A stretch of 64,000 bases of DNA from a virus (IMGVR_UViG_3300046559_000436:1-64000), one strand, 5' to 3'; positions 19,640 through 29,909 are shown, counted from the stretch's first letter. The notes: a model not told the origin generated them from the sequence alone. Program-made: numbers and translations.

Positions 19640-20254
19640 ATGACTATTCACGCGCGGTCCGACGTGGCTGCGGTTACCATTTCCCCGGACAGCGGAGGTT
19701 GTGGCCAGTTCCACAGCCGACCCGTGCACCAGGGAGCCCCCGTGAAGCTGTGGAGCCTGACGTGCACTCCATGTGAGAGCGTTCTGAAGAACGATTCTCA
19801 CTGGTCCGGGACCATCAGCGGCATTCCCGAGACTCCGGACGAGAAGGAGTACCGGGAGGATCAGGAGACCAAGGGTCGTCTCGACCAGCAGAACCAGACT
19901 GCTGAGGCTCTGTCCAAGCTTGGGTCTCTGGGAGACCTTCCGGCGGCCATTGCGCAGCTGGCCAACATGTTCTCCAACCCCGACCACCGCCCGCGTACTG
20001 ACGATCGTTCCTGCACTTCGTGTGGGTCCAAGATGGTCATGGGCGCCAAGTTCTGCGGTGAGTGTGGCGCCAAGGACGCTGATGACGTCGTACTAGACTC
20101 CAGCATCGAGGAGAGTGAGCTGATGGTGGGGGCTCACATCGACGTCGAGTCTCTCAGCCACCAGCAGCTGAAGGACCTGGCCAAGGAGAAGGGCATCCCG
20201 AGCCCGCATATCATCAAGAAGGCGGAGCTGGTCCGGATTCTGTCCGGTAAGTAA
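19640..20254 (+). CDS. Zn-ribbon protein with a C-terminal Rho-N-like domain
   Basis: CTSCG..FCGECG; LSHQQLKDLAKEKGI...KKAELVRIL. Confidence 0.6.
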   Translation: MTIHARSDVAAVTISPDSGGCGQFHSRPVHQGAPVKLWSLTCTPCESVLKNDSHWSGTISGIPETPDEKEYREDQETKGRLDQQNQTAEALSKLGSLGDLPAAIAQLANMFSNPDHRPRTDDRSCTSCGSKMVMGAKFCGECGAKDADDVVLDSSIEESELMVGAHIDVESLSHQQLKDLAKEKGIPSPHIIKKAELVRILSGK

Positions 20255-20262
20255 GGAGCGGG

Positions 20263-20445
20263 ATGGCGCGGGGACGACACACCTGCCGTATTTGTCCCCG
20301 CAGGGGGCGGCCACCGGTCGGTCAATGCCGCGATTGCGGATCTCAGTTTTGCGATCGGCATGGCACCTGGACTTCCGACCGGTGGCTTTGCTCTAAGTGC
20401 GACAGGATCTACGCCAAGGAAGCGATTAACCAGCAATGGCTCTGA
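20263..20445 (+). CDS. small Cys/His Zn-finger protein
   Basis: AAGGAG SD; CRIC..CRDC..FCDRH..CSKC. Confidence 0.55.
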   Translation: MARGRHTCRICPRRGRPPVGQCRDCGSQFCDRHGTWTSDRWLCSKCDRIYAKEAINQQWL

Positions 20446-21377
20446 CCCCGTATGTGACGCCTAGTATGCTGACCAACGCTCCTACCGGCGTGTCCTGGCA
20501 GATCATCCCGTTCCCCAAGTCCAGCAGTCAGCAGCAGCTCGACGAGCAGACCAACATTTGCAACCGGGCTACTGCCATTGTCGATGGATACTGTAACCAG
20601 ATCCTGCGCTCCACCGTCGACAATGAGTTCATCAACGGGCCCGGCAACTACCGGACCAACTTCCGCAGTGCGACGGGCGAAACCAGGATCGTCTTGTCCC
20701 GGTGGCCGATCACCAACATTCTGGCCGTTCAGTGGACCTCAACCGCTTCTTACCCTCGGGTGTACCAGACCGTCCCAACCGGCATGTACGAGATTGAGCG
20801 TCCCGTTCTCGGTCTCTACCAGTCGTCCGCCCCTACCGGATCTGGTGATGGTGGTCAGTCCATCACCATCGCCCCTGGTTTCGGTGGGTGGGCCAACGGC
20901 CGACAGGGCTACCGGTATCTGATCAGCTACACCAACGGGTGGCCCCACACCAGCCTTACCGCTGCTGTCTTGGCCGGAGCCACCACCCTCTCGGTTGACG
21001 ACGTAACCGGGTGGGCTGGCGCCTCTGGGATCATCTACGACTCCACTGTCCAGGAGAGTGTGGTAGTCACTTCAGTAACCGCCAACACCCCTCTCCAACT
21101 TCCCAATGGAGTGGGCACGGCCTTGTCCGGTCCGGGAACTCTGACTTTGTCTGCCCCGCTGACCAACGCCCACGCAGCTGGAACCGTGGTGTCAACCCTT
21201 CCCGGTTCCATTCTGTGGGCCACGATGCTCCAGGCCACCGCCCAGGCTCTAGAGGCCGGTATCACGTCGGTTTCTATTCAGAACATGCCCGGGTCGATAA
21301 CCACCGGCGGCAAGGGAGTTCACGACCTCTTGATGGAATCCGACCTGCTCTTGGCTCCCTACCGCCGTCTGATTTAG
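20436..21377 (+). CDS. head-to-tail adaptor
   Basis: YVT N-terminus, RATAIVDGYC, YTNGW, LLAPYRR C-terminus typical of gp6/gp15-like adaptors. Confidence 0.75.
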   Translation: MALTPYVTPSMLTNAPTGVSWQIIPFPKSSSQQQLDEQTNICNRATAIVDGYCNQILRSTVDNEFINGPGNYRTNFRSATGETRIVLSRWPITNILAVQWTSTASYPRVYQTVPTGMYEIERPVLGLYQSSAPTGSGDGGQSITIAPGFGGWANGRQGYRYLISYTNGWPHTSLTAAVLAGATTLSVDDVTGWAGASGIIYDSTVQESVVVTSVTANTPLQLPNGVGTALSGPGTLTLSAPLTNAHAAGTVVSTLPGSILWATMLQATAQALEAGITSVSIQNMPGSITTGGKGVHDLLMESDLLLAPYRRLI

Positions 21378-21411
21378 TACGGTAAAATTTAGCTTGTAGG
21401 AGGAGGGTGGC

Positions 21412-21711
21412 GTGGCAAAGTCGTCCAGAAGATCCACTAGCCGCAGAACTCCGACAGCCAAAAACGGAGTGGCCGGTCGTAGAGTAGCGGCAGCCGGAAT
21501 CTTGATATCCCCTACTCTTATGCGTCGCAAGGCCACCACCGTCAGGACCATCAACGCCGCCAACATCTTGTCTTTCAGCAGGAAGCAGGGAACCACCCGC
21601 GTCGGAGAGATCCACGGGTTCAGAACGGTCAACGCTCCTGGTTCTGGGCGGAAGTCCATCAGAGTGTCGCCCGCCTTGCACGGGGTCAACGCTCCGAAGG
21701 GCAGGTATTAA
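21412..21711 (+). CDS. highly basic small protein
   Basis: GGAGGAGG SD; Arg/Lys-rich with almost no acidic residues. Confidence 0.55.
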   Translation: MAKSSRRSTSRRTPTAKNGVAGRRVAAAGILISPTLMRRKATTVRTINAANILSFSRKQGTTRVGEIHGFRTVNAPGSGRKSIRVSPALHGVNAPKGRY

Positions 21712-22221
21712 ATGCCCTTGAACAGCGTTCAAATCTACGTCGCGAACCTTTTGAATGACCTTGAAGTTCCGATGGGTGGTATTCCTCCGGTCGAAGCGTA
21801 TATTACCCCTCCAGTCTACGAGGATATCGACCGACCAAAGGCGTACGTGTGGGGTGGGAGGGCGCGCGGTCATCGACACACCATGCCTCGCAACACGACC
21901 GGTCAGATAGTCGACGGTCATTCAGGCTTCAAGCGAATCGACTGGCATGTTGACATCTACCTGGTCTACGAGACCACCCCGGATTCAGCTAGCATTGACC
22001 AAGAATTCCCGGTCATTGTCGACGCTGTCAAAACCAAGCTCTGGACCACTCCCCTCAACGCCTTCATCACGGACCCTACCACAAACGTAACATCTCAGAT
22101 TACTTCCATCGGCGAGGAATGGGATTATGAGATGCTGCCGGAGCGCACACCCAACACACTTCGGATGATTTACTACTCGGCTCGAATCACCATGATGGTG
22201 ACAGAGATAGTGCAGGGCTGA
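21712..22221 (+). CDS. putative tail terminator / head-tail joining protein
   Basis: Position and size. Confidence 0.55.
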   Translation: MPLNSVQIYVANLLNDLEVPMGGIPPVEAYITPPVYEDIDRPKAYVWGGRARGHRHTMPRNTTGQIVDGHSGFKRIDWHVDIYLVYETTPDSASIDQEFPVIVDAVKTKLWTTPLNAFITDPTTNVTSQITSIGEEWDYEMLPERTPNTLRMIYYSARITMMVTEIVQG

Positions 22222-22664
22222 TGTTCAGTACCTCCATCAAGATCACCGGCAAGTACGGGATGTCCGATCTTTCCATCCTGCGGGCCATTACCGTGTGGGA
22301 AGCTGAAATAGCTCCCGCGCTACTGGCCGAAGTGAAGAGACGAGCCCCGGTCTACCCTCAGGGTGGCGGCAGGCTTCGGGATTCCATGTACCTCAGTCGC
22401 AGATCCTCTGGTCAGGGGCTGGAAGCTCGAATCATGAGTTCTGCCCCGTACGCCGAATTTGTCGTGAGAGGCACATCCCCTCACATCATTGAGCCAAAAA
22501 GCTCACTTGCGCTACACTGGTCTGGTAAGGGTTCTGACGTTTACGCGGCCAGAGTCAACCACCCAGGCAATAAGGCCAACCCGTTCGTTCAGCAAGCCAT
22601 CTCGGCCTTGATGCCGATGATGACTGCAAAGCTCAGAACACGCGTTCAGGAAGAGTTCGAGTGA
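22221..22664 (+). CDS. HK97 gp10-like tail component
   Basis: APV..GRLRDS, YAEFVVRGT.PH.I, VNHPG.KANPF. Confidence 0.8.
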   Translation: MFSTSIKITGKYGMSDLSILRAITVWEAEIAPALLAEVKRRAPVYPQGGGRLRDSMYLSRRSSGQGLEARIMSSAPYAEFVVRGTSPHIIEPKSSLALHWSGKGSDVYAARVNHPGNKANPFVQQAISALMPMMTAKLRTRVQEEFE

Positions 22665-22903
22665 CGACCACGAAGCTAGTGTATAATGGTTCTGTGACAA
22701 CCTCGTTCTCAGCCATCAACGCTGAACTGAAGCCGGGCGAGGAGTTTTACGTGCCGGACGGCCTGGCGGAGTCCTTTCTACAGCGGCCCGACGTCGAGCT
22801 TGCCACCGACCACGGGATGGCTGAATCGGACGATCCCAAGCCAATCCGGACAAAGTCCACCACTCAGCTGAAGCCAGCGGCCGAAGCGCCCGAGGCCAAG
22901 TAA
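22661..22903 (+). CDS. hypothetical protein
   Basis: GTGA overlap. Confidence 0.6.
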   Translation: MTTTKLVYNGSVTTSFSAINAELKPGEEFYVPDGLAESFLQRPDVELATDHGMAESDDPKPIRTKSTTQLKPAAEAPEAK

Positions 22904-22916
22904 CCACTAGGGGTAT

Positions 22917-24575
22917 ATGGCATTCCCGAACATTACGGAGCGCTCTGGCGCTCAGTCTGCCACGGGCTTCACCCGAGAGACCACTTTCGGCGCCCCGCTG
23001 GCGGCTTCCAGCTACCTGCCGATGATGAGCAACACCCTGGAACTCGATCCCGGGTGGTTCACTCCTCACGTCATGCAGGCCAACCGCGCGCTGCAGGTAT
23101 ACAACCTGTATGGTGAGCAGAAGTTCACCGGCGCTATCGAGGGTCCGCTGTTCCCGACGAACGGCGTGGCGTTCCTCCTCGGCTCCATCGGCTTCGACGC
23201 CCAGATCGGGTATGGCGTCACCGGCACCCCCAGCATGGTCGCGTCCGTCACTACGACCACGACGGCGTCCATCGCGTTCGGTACCAGCGTCGTGGCTGTC
23301 ACCTCGGCCACTGGATTCGCGGTCGGCCAGACTATCAATGTCGACACAGGTCTGCTGGCCGAGACCCGTCGCATTGCGTCTATCTCCGGCTCGAACATCA
23401 CCGTCGACGTGGCGTTCTCTCAGAATCACGCCATCGGCGTCAACGTCACCACCTTCGGTCTGACCTCGACCACTGTCAACGGTTCCACCATCGCGGGTGC
23501 TACTACAGTCACCCTGACTTCGGCTACTGGGTTCGCCGTCGGTCAGTTCATCACGGTCGATACCGGACTGAACGCCGAGACCCGACGCATCACCGTCGTG
23601 GCTGTCAACGTCATCACGGTAGACGCAGCGTTCAACCTGGCCCACAACACGTTGGTCCCGGCTGTCACTGCCTCTACCACTACGATGTCGGCCCCTTCGA
23701 TCGCCACCGCCACCTCGATCACAGTGACTTCGGCCACCGGCATCGTTCAGGGTACGATCATCCAGATCGACACCAACAGCCCGACCGGCGGTTTCACCTC
23801 CGAGGTCCGTAAGGTCACCAACGTGGTCTCCACCACGCTGACCCTGGATGTGGCGCTGACCTACGCTCACGCGTCGGGTGCGGTGGTAACGGTCGTGGTG
23901 ACTCCGTTCGCCCACACGGTGCTGGATGCCCCATCGATCCCGTCGTTCACGATCGAAAAGAACGTCGGTAACTTCCAGTCGCTCCAGTTCGCCGGTTCTC
24001 GCATCGGCAAGATGGACGTCAAGGTTCCGACTGGGAACAACGCAGCCACCATCACGGCCGACATGACCGGTCGGTCGGTAGCCATCCTGCCCACTCCGTC
24101 CGCTGTGTCGGTACTGAACGAGCAGCCGTACGTGTTCGCCGAGGCCGCGCTGGTCTACAACGGCAACCTTCGCGCCGACGTCCGAAACGTGAACATCACG
24201 ATCGACAACGGCCTCAAGCCGGTGTACACCTACTCCGGCAACCGTGGCCCGTCGTTCATCACCCCGGTCACTCTGCACGTCTCCGGTTCGTTCGAGGCGG
24301 TCTGGTCGAGCTTCAACGACCCAACCTACGGCGACTTCACCCAGATGCAGCAGGGCAACCTGGCTGCTCTGAGCGTCTCTCTGGTCCACGCGACTACCAA
24401 CAACACAGTGACCATCACCATCAACCAGATCGCTCTGGCCAAGTTCGCCAACGACATCAAGATGGAGGACGTCATCCTGTCGTCCCTCAACTTCGAGGCG
24501 ACTAAGCCGGTGTCTGGACCGTTCCTGAACACCATCACCGCCGTGGTGCAGGACACCCAGTACCTCCCGTTCTAA
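22917..24575 (+). CDS. major tail tube protein with three inserted repeat domains
   Basis: RETTFG N-terminus and PSFTIEK tube motifs; internal TSATG..VG..I.VDT....ETRRI repeats; precedes the chaperone and tape measure. Confidence 0.8.
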   Translation: MAFPNITERSGAQSATGFTRETTFGAPLAASSYLPMMSNTLELDPGWFTPHVMQANRALQVYNLYGEQKFTGAIEGPLFPTNGVAFLLGSIGFDAQIGYGVTGTPSMVASVTTTTTASIAFGTSVVAVTSATGFAVGQTINVDTGLLAETRRIASISGSNITVDVAFSQNHAIGVNVTTFGLTSTTVNGSTIAGATTVTLTSATGFAVGQFITVDTGLNAETRRITVVAVNVITVDAAFNLAHNTLVPAVTASTTTMSAPSIATATSITVTSATGIVQGTIIQIDTNSPTGGFTSEVRKVTNVVSTTLTLDVALTYAHASGAVVTVVVTPFAHTVLDAPSIPSFTIEKNVGNFQSLQFAGSRIGKMDVKVPTGNNAATITADMTGRSVAILPTPSAVSVLNEQPYVFAEAALVYNGNLRADVRNVNITIDNGLKPVYTYSGNRGPSFITPVTLHVSGSFEAVWSSFNDPTYGDFTQMQQGNLAALSVSLVHATTNNTVTITINQIALAKFANDIKMEDVILSSLNFEATKPVSGPFLNTITAVVQDTQYLPF

Positions 24576-24601
24576 TCCGATCAAAGGTGCGATAGAGAAC
24601 C

Positions 24602-24979
24602 ATGAGCTTCCTTTCCGCGTACAACGGGGTAACCCGAGTCGTCATTTCGAAGGACGGCGACAAGGAATACTGGGTTGACCTCAAGAAGTACCTGACACAG
24701 GGGGGTCAGGAGACTGCTGAGGCCGCCATGAACCGTGTCGAGGTGGTCAACGGCAAACCCGTGGTCCGTCCCGACGTGGCCAAGTACCGGAAGCTCATGG
24801 TTTTCGCCGCCATCGACGACTGGAACATGGACGACGACAACGGCCAGACCTGGCCGATCAACCTGCAGAACGTCGGCCGACTCCCACTTCCAATATTCAA
24901 CCAGCTGTGGGTGCAGATCCAGACCAACAACAGCGAGTCGGAGAGGAGCAAGGACGAGCAGCTTGACTTTCGTGAGTAA
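24602..24979 (+). CDS. tail assembly chaperone (G)
   Basis: Between tail tube and tape measure; AIDDWNMDDDNG. Confidence 0.8.
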   Translation: MSFLSAYNGVTRVVISKDGDKEYWVDLKKYLTQGGQETAEAAMNRVEVVNGKPVVRPDVAKYRKLMVFAAIDDWNMDDDNGQTWPINLQNVGRLPLPIFNQLWVQIQTNNSESERSKDEQLDFRE

Positions 24980-25214
24980 AGTCTCGGCTGCCATCCGATT
25001 CGGTACCCCCGCTGATGACGTCCCGTCGCTAAGCTCTTTCCTCCTTGAGGCAGAGATGTTCAAGCGATTGGGTCTCAGACGCGAGGAGCTGCTCCAACGA
25101 CCCGCCCAGGAAATCAAGGATTACTGCTTCTTCATCTCGATGATTCAACGAGAGGAGCAGGCGCAGCAGGCTAAGTCCAACCATCGGGGCGCCGGACCTT
25201 CAACGCGAGGATAG
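24969..25214 (+). CDS. tail assembly chaperone extension (GT), +1 frame
   Basis: Open +1 frame overlapping the G stop and ending immediately before the tape measure start. Confidence 0.6.
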   Translation, partial: FVSKVSAAIRFGTPADDVPSLSSFLLEAEMFKRLGLRREELLQRPAQEIKDYCFFISMIQREEQAQQAKSNHRGAGPSTRG

Positions 25215-28200
25215 ATGGCTAACGTCGAAGAGATTTCAGTCCTCGCCGTTGTTGAGGCCCAGGACAAGGCCACCGGCATCCTCAGCAGTATCTTTGGTTC
25301 GATCACGGGCCTGGTTGACGCGTACAAGAGATTTGGTGAGGCGTCCGCCCTCTCCGGCCAGGTGTTCTCTGACTCGATGATGGGTCTGATGACAACCGAG
25401 GAGAGGGCGGCCACCGCCGCTATTCGGCTCCAGGACGCCGAGACCATGGCCTCTGAAGCTTCTATGGCTATGCGCGAGGCTCAGATCGAGCTGGGAATGG
25501 CCGTAGAGGCGGAGGGCTTCAAGTCTGACGCCGCCGCTGCCGCTCAGAACCGCCTCCGTGAAGCCACTCTGGCCAATACCATCGCCTCTAACGGTCTCAA
25601 GGACGCTCAGCGCGACAACGCCGCAGCTCAGGAAGAGCTGACCGCCAAGCAGGCCCTAGGTAAGGAGAGCCTGGCAGCTACCTCCAGTGCCATGATCGGT
25701 GTGGGTGCGGTGACGGCCGTCGCCGCTGGCGCCTCTGTGGACCTCGCTGCCAAGTTTCAGACCCAGACCCAGACTCTGGTTGCCGGTGCTGGCGTTCAAT
25801 CTGACCAGATCCAGAAGGTCCGGTCGGACATTCTCCAGTACGCAGTAGACACCGGCACCTCGACCAAGGACCTGAGCGACGCATTCTTCCAGGTCAACTC
25901 TCGTCTGGGTGACGTCGGCCGATCAACGGTTGTAGTCAAGGACGCCGCAGAGCTGGCCAAGGTCCACATGGCGGACATGGCTACCGTCGGCAAGGCCCTA
26001 GCTGACGCCATGAACTCTTACGCAGCGTCAGGGCTCTCGGCCAGCCAGGCGTCCAACATCCTTGGCACGGCGGTCGAGGAAGGCGGTATGTCCTTCCAGG
26101 AACTTTCCACCTCTCTCGCCCAGGTTGCCCCGCAGGCGGCTTCTCTGAAGATCCCGCTGGCCGATGTCACTGGCGCTCTGGCCACCATGACCACCCAGGG
26201 CATGTCCACCCAGCAATCAGCCCAGGACCTTCGTCACGCGATCGAGAAGCTGAACAGTCCGACCGCTGGCATGATCACGACCTGGAACCAGTTCGGTCTG
26301 ACCGCCAGCCAGGTGCAGAACTCCCTGGCCGGTCCGGGTGGCCTTCAGAAGGCCATGACCATGATCGACGACGCCATCCGGTCTAAGATGGGCCCTTCTG
26401 GTCAAATTGTGATCGACACTTTTAAGCAGTCCACTGACGCAGCTAACGCCATGAACATGATGCTGCAGAAGATGGACCCGTCGGCCAAGCAGTTGGCTAC
26501 TGAACTTCAGAATGGCGGCATCTCCGCCAAGGACTACACCAAGTCAGCCAAGGAACTGACCGGTGCTTCTGCGGACCAGGCTCTTCAGTTCAAGTCGCTG
26601 TTCGACAAGGCCAATGGTTTTAACGACGCCCTGAAGTCCGGGAAGCCCGGTTTTTCTGATTATAACGACGCTCTCAAGGCAGCGTACGGAGACCAGACCT
26701 CACTGTCTGCTGCTCTGATGCTGACCGGTGACCACGCTGACAAGTGGACCAAGATCACCAAGGACGCTACAGCGGCGGCCGGGAACGCCAACGGTCAGAT
26801 CAAGGGTTGGTCTGATGTTCAGGGTACTCTGTCGCAAAAGATGGCCGAGTCCAAGCAGGCCCTCGAAACTGCGGCCATCACCCTTGGTACCGCGCTTATC
26901 CCGGCCGTAACTCAGATCGTTCAGGACATCACCCCCTGGATCGAGAAGCTAGGGAAGCTGCTCGAACACCACCAGACTTTCGTCAAGGTCCTGGTAGCCG
27001 TCGGCTTGGCTCTCGGTGTCTTGGGTATGGCCATCAAGGCTATCACCATAGCAACCGAGGCGTGGGAAGCCATTCAGGTCGTTCTTGACGCTGAATTGTG
27101 GGCCAACCCTATCGGCGTAATTATCCTCGCGATCATTGCCGCCATCGCCGCCATCACAGCCATCGTGGTTGCAGTGATTTACGCCTACAACCACTTCAAG
27201 TGGTTTCACGATCTGGTCAACACGGTCTGGGGTGGGATCAAGGCGGGCGCCATCGGCTTGTGGCACATTCTTGAGACTGTGTTCAAGGGTATCGCTGCCG
27301 CCGCGATGTGGGTCTACTCCAACGGCATCCTTCCGCTGTGGCACGCTCTTGAAGCTGCTTGGAACGGTATTGTTACCGGCGCTAAGGCTGCGTTCAACGG
27401 TATCGTTGATGCTGGTAAGTGGCTGTGGGACATGCTGACCGGCATCTGGAACTCCATCGTCAACGTGACCACCTCGGTGTGGGACGGAATAACGGCGTTC
27501 TTCAACAAGTGGTGGCCGCTGCTCTTGATCATCTTTGCCGCCCCGATCGCCGTCCTGATGGCGATCTGGAACCACTTCCACACTCAGATAACCGAAGTAG
27601 CTAGCTCGGTTTGGAACGGCATCAAGGAATTCTTCGTCGGGACCTGGAACTTCCTCAAGACCGCAGCCCAATATGCCTGGATGTACATTCACGACGTGAT
27701 CATCGAACCGATCGTGGATGTGTGGCATATGCTCGAAAGCGTTATGGGGTACCTCGGTGGCGCGATCTCCAAGACGTGGAACTACCTCGGCGGTCTTACC
27801 AGCGCGGCGTGGCAGCAGATCAAGCGGTACGTCATTCAGCCGATCGATGAACTCTTGAACTGGATCGGCGGCAACATCAGCCGGGCCTGGGACTCCTTCT
27901 CTAACACTTTCAATGGAATCATGAACTGGCTCGGTGGTATTGGGAGCTGGTTCGAGAGCGTTGGTGAGGACATCGTCAACGGCATCATCAGCGGTCTTGA
28001 CCACGCCGGTTCCTGGCTGATGAACAAGATCAAGGGTCTGGCCAACGACGCTCTGGGTGCGGCCAAGTCGTTCCTAGGCATCGGGTCTCCTTCCAAGCTG
28101 TTTGCCCAGGAAGTTGGACAGTGGATCCCGCATGGCATTGCTCAAGGTATCGCGAATCACGCCCAGGTGGCTGTTGACGCTGTTCAGAACATGGCCGGGT

Positions 28201-28469
28201 CCCTTCCTCAGGCCATTGGCGTCCAGGGTGCCGTTAACATCGGCGTGAACGGCATCAACGCTGCTGGAACTGTCACAGCCACAGGGCTGGGTCTTACAGC
28301 CGGTGGTGGCGGTGGGCGGGGTGGGTCTGGTGACATCCACGTTCACATGGACATGAGAGACGCTATTGTGGCGGGCGACAGGGGGATGACCGACTTGGCC
28401 AACCGGCTCGGTAGCGCTCTGGCCACCCAGATCCTGCCTCAGGCGGGGGTTAGGCTGCACACCTTCTAA
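25215..28469 (+). CDS. tape measure protein
   Basis: 1084 aa, Ala-rich helical; TP901-type core; Trp-spaced repeats; LGIGSPSK. Confidence 0.95.
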   Translation: MANVEEISVLAVVEAQDKATGILSSIFGSITGLVDAYKRFGEASALSGQVFSDSMMGLMTTEERAATAAIRLQDAETMASEASMAMREAQIELGMAVEAEGFKSDAAAAAQNRLREATLANTIASNGLKDAQRDNAAAQEELTAKQALGKESLAATSSAMIGVGAVTAVAAGASVDLAAKFQTQTQTLVAGAGVQSDQIQKVRSDILQYAVDTGTSTKDLSDAFFQVNSRLGDVGRSTVVVKDAAELAKVHMADMATVGKALADAMNSYAASGLSASQASNILGTAVEEGGMSFQELSTSLAQVAPQAASLKIPLADVTGALATMTTQGMSTQQSAQDLRHAIEKLNSPTAGMITTWNQFGLTASQVQNSLAGPGGLQKAMTMIDDAIRSKMGPSGQIVIDTFKQSTDAANAMNMMLQKMDPSAKQLATELQNGGISAKDYTKSAKELTGASADQALQFKSLFDKANGFNDALKSGKPGFSDYNDALKAAYGDQTSLSAALMLTGDHADKWTKITKDATAAAGNANGQIKGWSDVQGTLSQKMAESKQALETAAITLGTALIPAVTQIVQDITPWIEKLGKLLEHHQTFVKVLVAVGLALGVLGMAIKAITIATEAWEAIQVVLDAELWANPIGVIILAIIAAIAAITAIVVAVIYAYNHFKWFHDLVNTVWGGIKAGAIGLWHILETVFKGIAAAAMWVYSNGILPLWHALEAAWNGIVTGAKAAFNGIVDAGKWLWDMLTGIWNSIVNVTTSVWDGITAFFNKWWPLLLIIFAAPIAVLMAIWNHFHTQITEVASSVWNGIKEFFVGTWNFLKTAAQYAWMYIHDVIIEPIVDVWHMLESVMGYLGGAISKTWNYLGGLTSAAWQQIKRYVIQPIDELLNWIGGNISRAWDSFSNTFNGIMNWLGGIGSWFESVGEDIVNGIISGLDHAGSWLMNKIKGLANDALGAAKSFLGIGSPSKLFAQEVGQWIPHGIAQGIANHAQVAVDAVQNMAGSLPQAIGVQGAVNIGVNGINAAGTVTATGLGLTAGGGGGRGGSGDIHVHMDMRDAIVAGDRGMTDLANRLGSALATQILPQAGVRLHTF

Positions 28470-29899
28470 TGTCTATGATCCCCCTCCCGAATCTTACCTT
28501 TACGATCACGCCACCGGGCGGGACCGCGATCAACTACACCAACAACCTGGCGTGGTCAGGCGTTAGCGCTCCCTCCCTTACCCAGAATTTTGGCAGACAG
28601 GGCGACACCGCCCAGTTCTCGATCGTGGACGACTACACCGGCCAGGCCCAGCCGAACTTCATAATCAAGGCGCTGTCTCAGGTCTCGTTCTTCGACAACA
28701 CCGCCAACGTCTTCCTGTTTACGGGAGTGATCACAGACGTTCAGTTGGATGTTCTGGTCAACCGTAACGTCTGGACCTTGGCTTGCACAGACTACACGTT
28801 CTACGCTGACAACGCCATCGTGCAAGGCACGTTTATCGGTCAGACTATCGACCAGATCGTCGTATCGCTGACTCAACAGGCAAATTGCGGCATCGTGGCC
28901 GTCCAGACAGGCCAGACCACAGGCTCCGTTACTGGATACGTGTCCCCCGCTCCGTTGATTCAGTCATTCGTGCTGAATTATTCGACCCTGTCCGAGGCGT
29001 GGAGGAAGTTGTCGAAGCTGGCCAGCCAGACCACCCCGTTTGGCTGGTACGTCGATCAGAATCGCAACCTGCATTTCTACGATCAGACCACCGCCCAGCC
29101 GTCCGGGGTCAACTTCACCACTACCTTGAGTTACGTGGGGTCTTCCACTCCGAACTTGACTGAGGGCCACCTTCAGTTCTCCAACTCGTTCAATTACGAG
29201 TGGGACGGCGCGTCGGTTCGAAATCGAATCCTAGTTCAGGGCGCCACCCAGATCGTCAAGTACGGCAATTACCGAACAGCCAATCCCGTCGATCAGTGGC
29301 AGACTAACGGCGTCCAGCAGTCGTGGCCGCTCCGCTACACGGTCACTGGCAGTCCGGTTCTGTCCGTCAATGGAACCAATCAACCCGCCACCCTAGTTCA
29401 GGCCGGAGCTTCTTTCACCGGCACCGGGTGGACCGTAGCTCAGAACTCGATCGGAACGTGGTTCCTCAACAGTCCATCTGGTGGTGCCCAGGCCGGTGGT
29501 CAGACGATCAAGCTCTGGTACGACTATCAGATCCCGATCATCGCTCAGGCTAACGACATCTCCAGTCAGCAGACGTACACCGGCCCCAACGGCGGGATCT
29601 TCGAAGAGTACATCTCGGACACTTCCCTGACTTCGGTTCCGATGGCCCAGGCCCGAGCTTTCCGTCAGCGACAGGAGTACGCTTTTGTGGCTGAACGGTT
29701 GACTCTGTCTACCTCTCCCGAATTCATGGGCTGGGTTCGGGCCGGTCAGACGTTCACGATGACCAACTCGTTCATTCCGGATTCTCGCAACAGCTACGCT
29801 TGGGGCTTGGTCGGAGCCACCTTCATCGTCGTTTCGAATTCTGTTCAATTCGGAGAGGGCGGATACCGAGTTCTTCAGATGAAGTGCGTCCGAATCTAG
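28469..29899 (+). CDS. minor tail (hub/baseplate) protein
   Basis: Follows the tape measure; WYVDQNRNLHF, VRNRILVQG. Confidence 0.75.
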   Translation: MSMIPLPNLTFTITPPGGTAINYTNNLAWSGVSAPSLTQNFGRQGDTAQFSIVDDYTGQAQPNFIIKALSQVSFFDNTANVFLFTGVITDVQLDVLVNRNVWTLACTDYTFYADNAIVQGTFIGQTIDQIVVSLTQQANCGIVAVQTGQTTGSVTGYVSPAPLIQSFVLNYSTLSEAWRKLSKLASQTTPFGWYVDQNRNLHFYDQTTAQPSGVNFTTTLSYVGSSTPNLTEGHLQFSNSFNYEWDGASVRNRILVQGATQIVKYGNYRTANPVDQWQTNGVQQSWPLRYTVTGSPVLSVNGTNQPATLVQAGASFTGTGWTVAQNSIGTWFLNSPSGGAQAGGQTIKLWYDYQIPIIAQANDISSQQTYTGPNGGIFEEYISDTSLTSVPMAQARAFRQRQEYAFVAERLTLSTSPEFMGWVRAGQTFTMTNSFIPDSRNSYAWGLVGATFIVVSNSVQFGEGGYRVLQMKCVRI

Positions 29900-29909
29900 G
29901 AGGTGTTGG

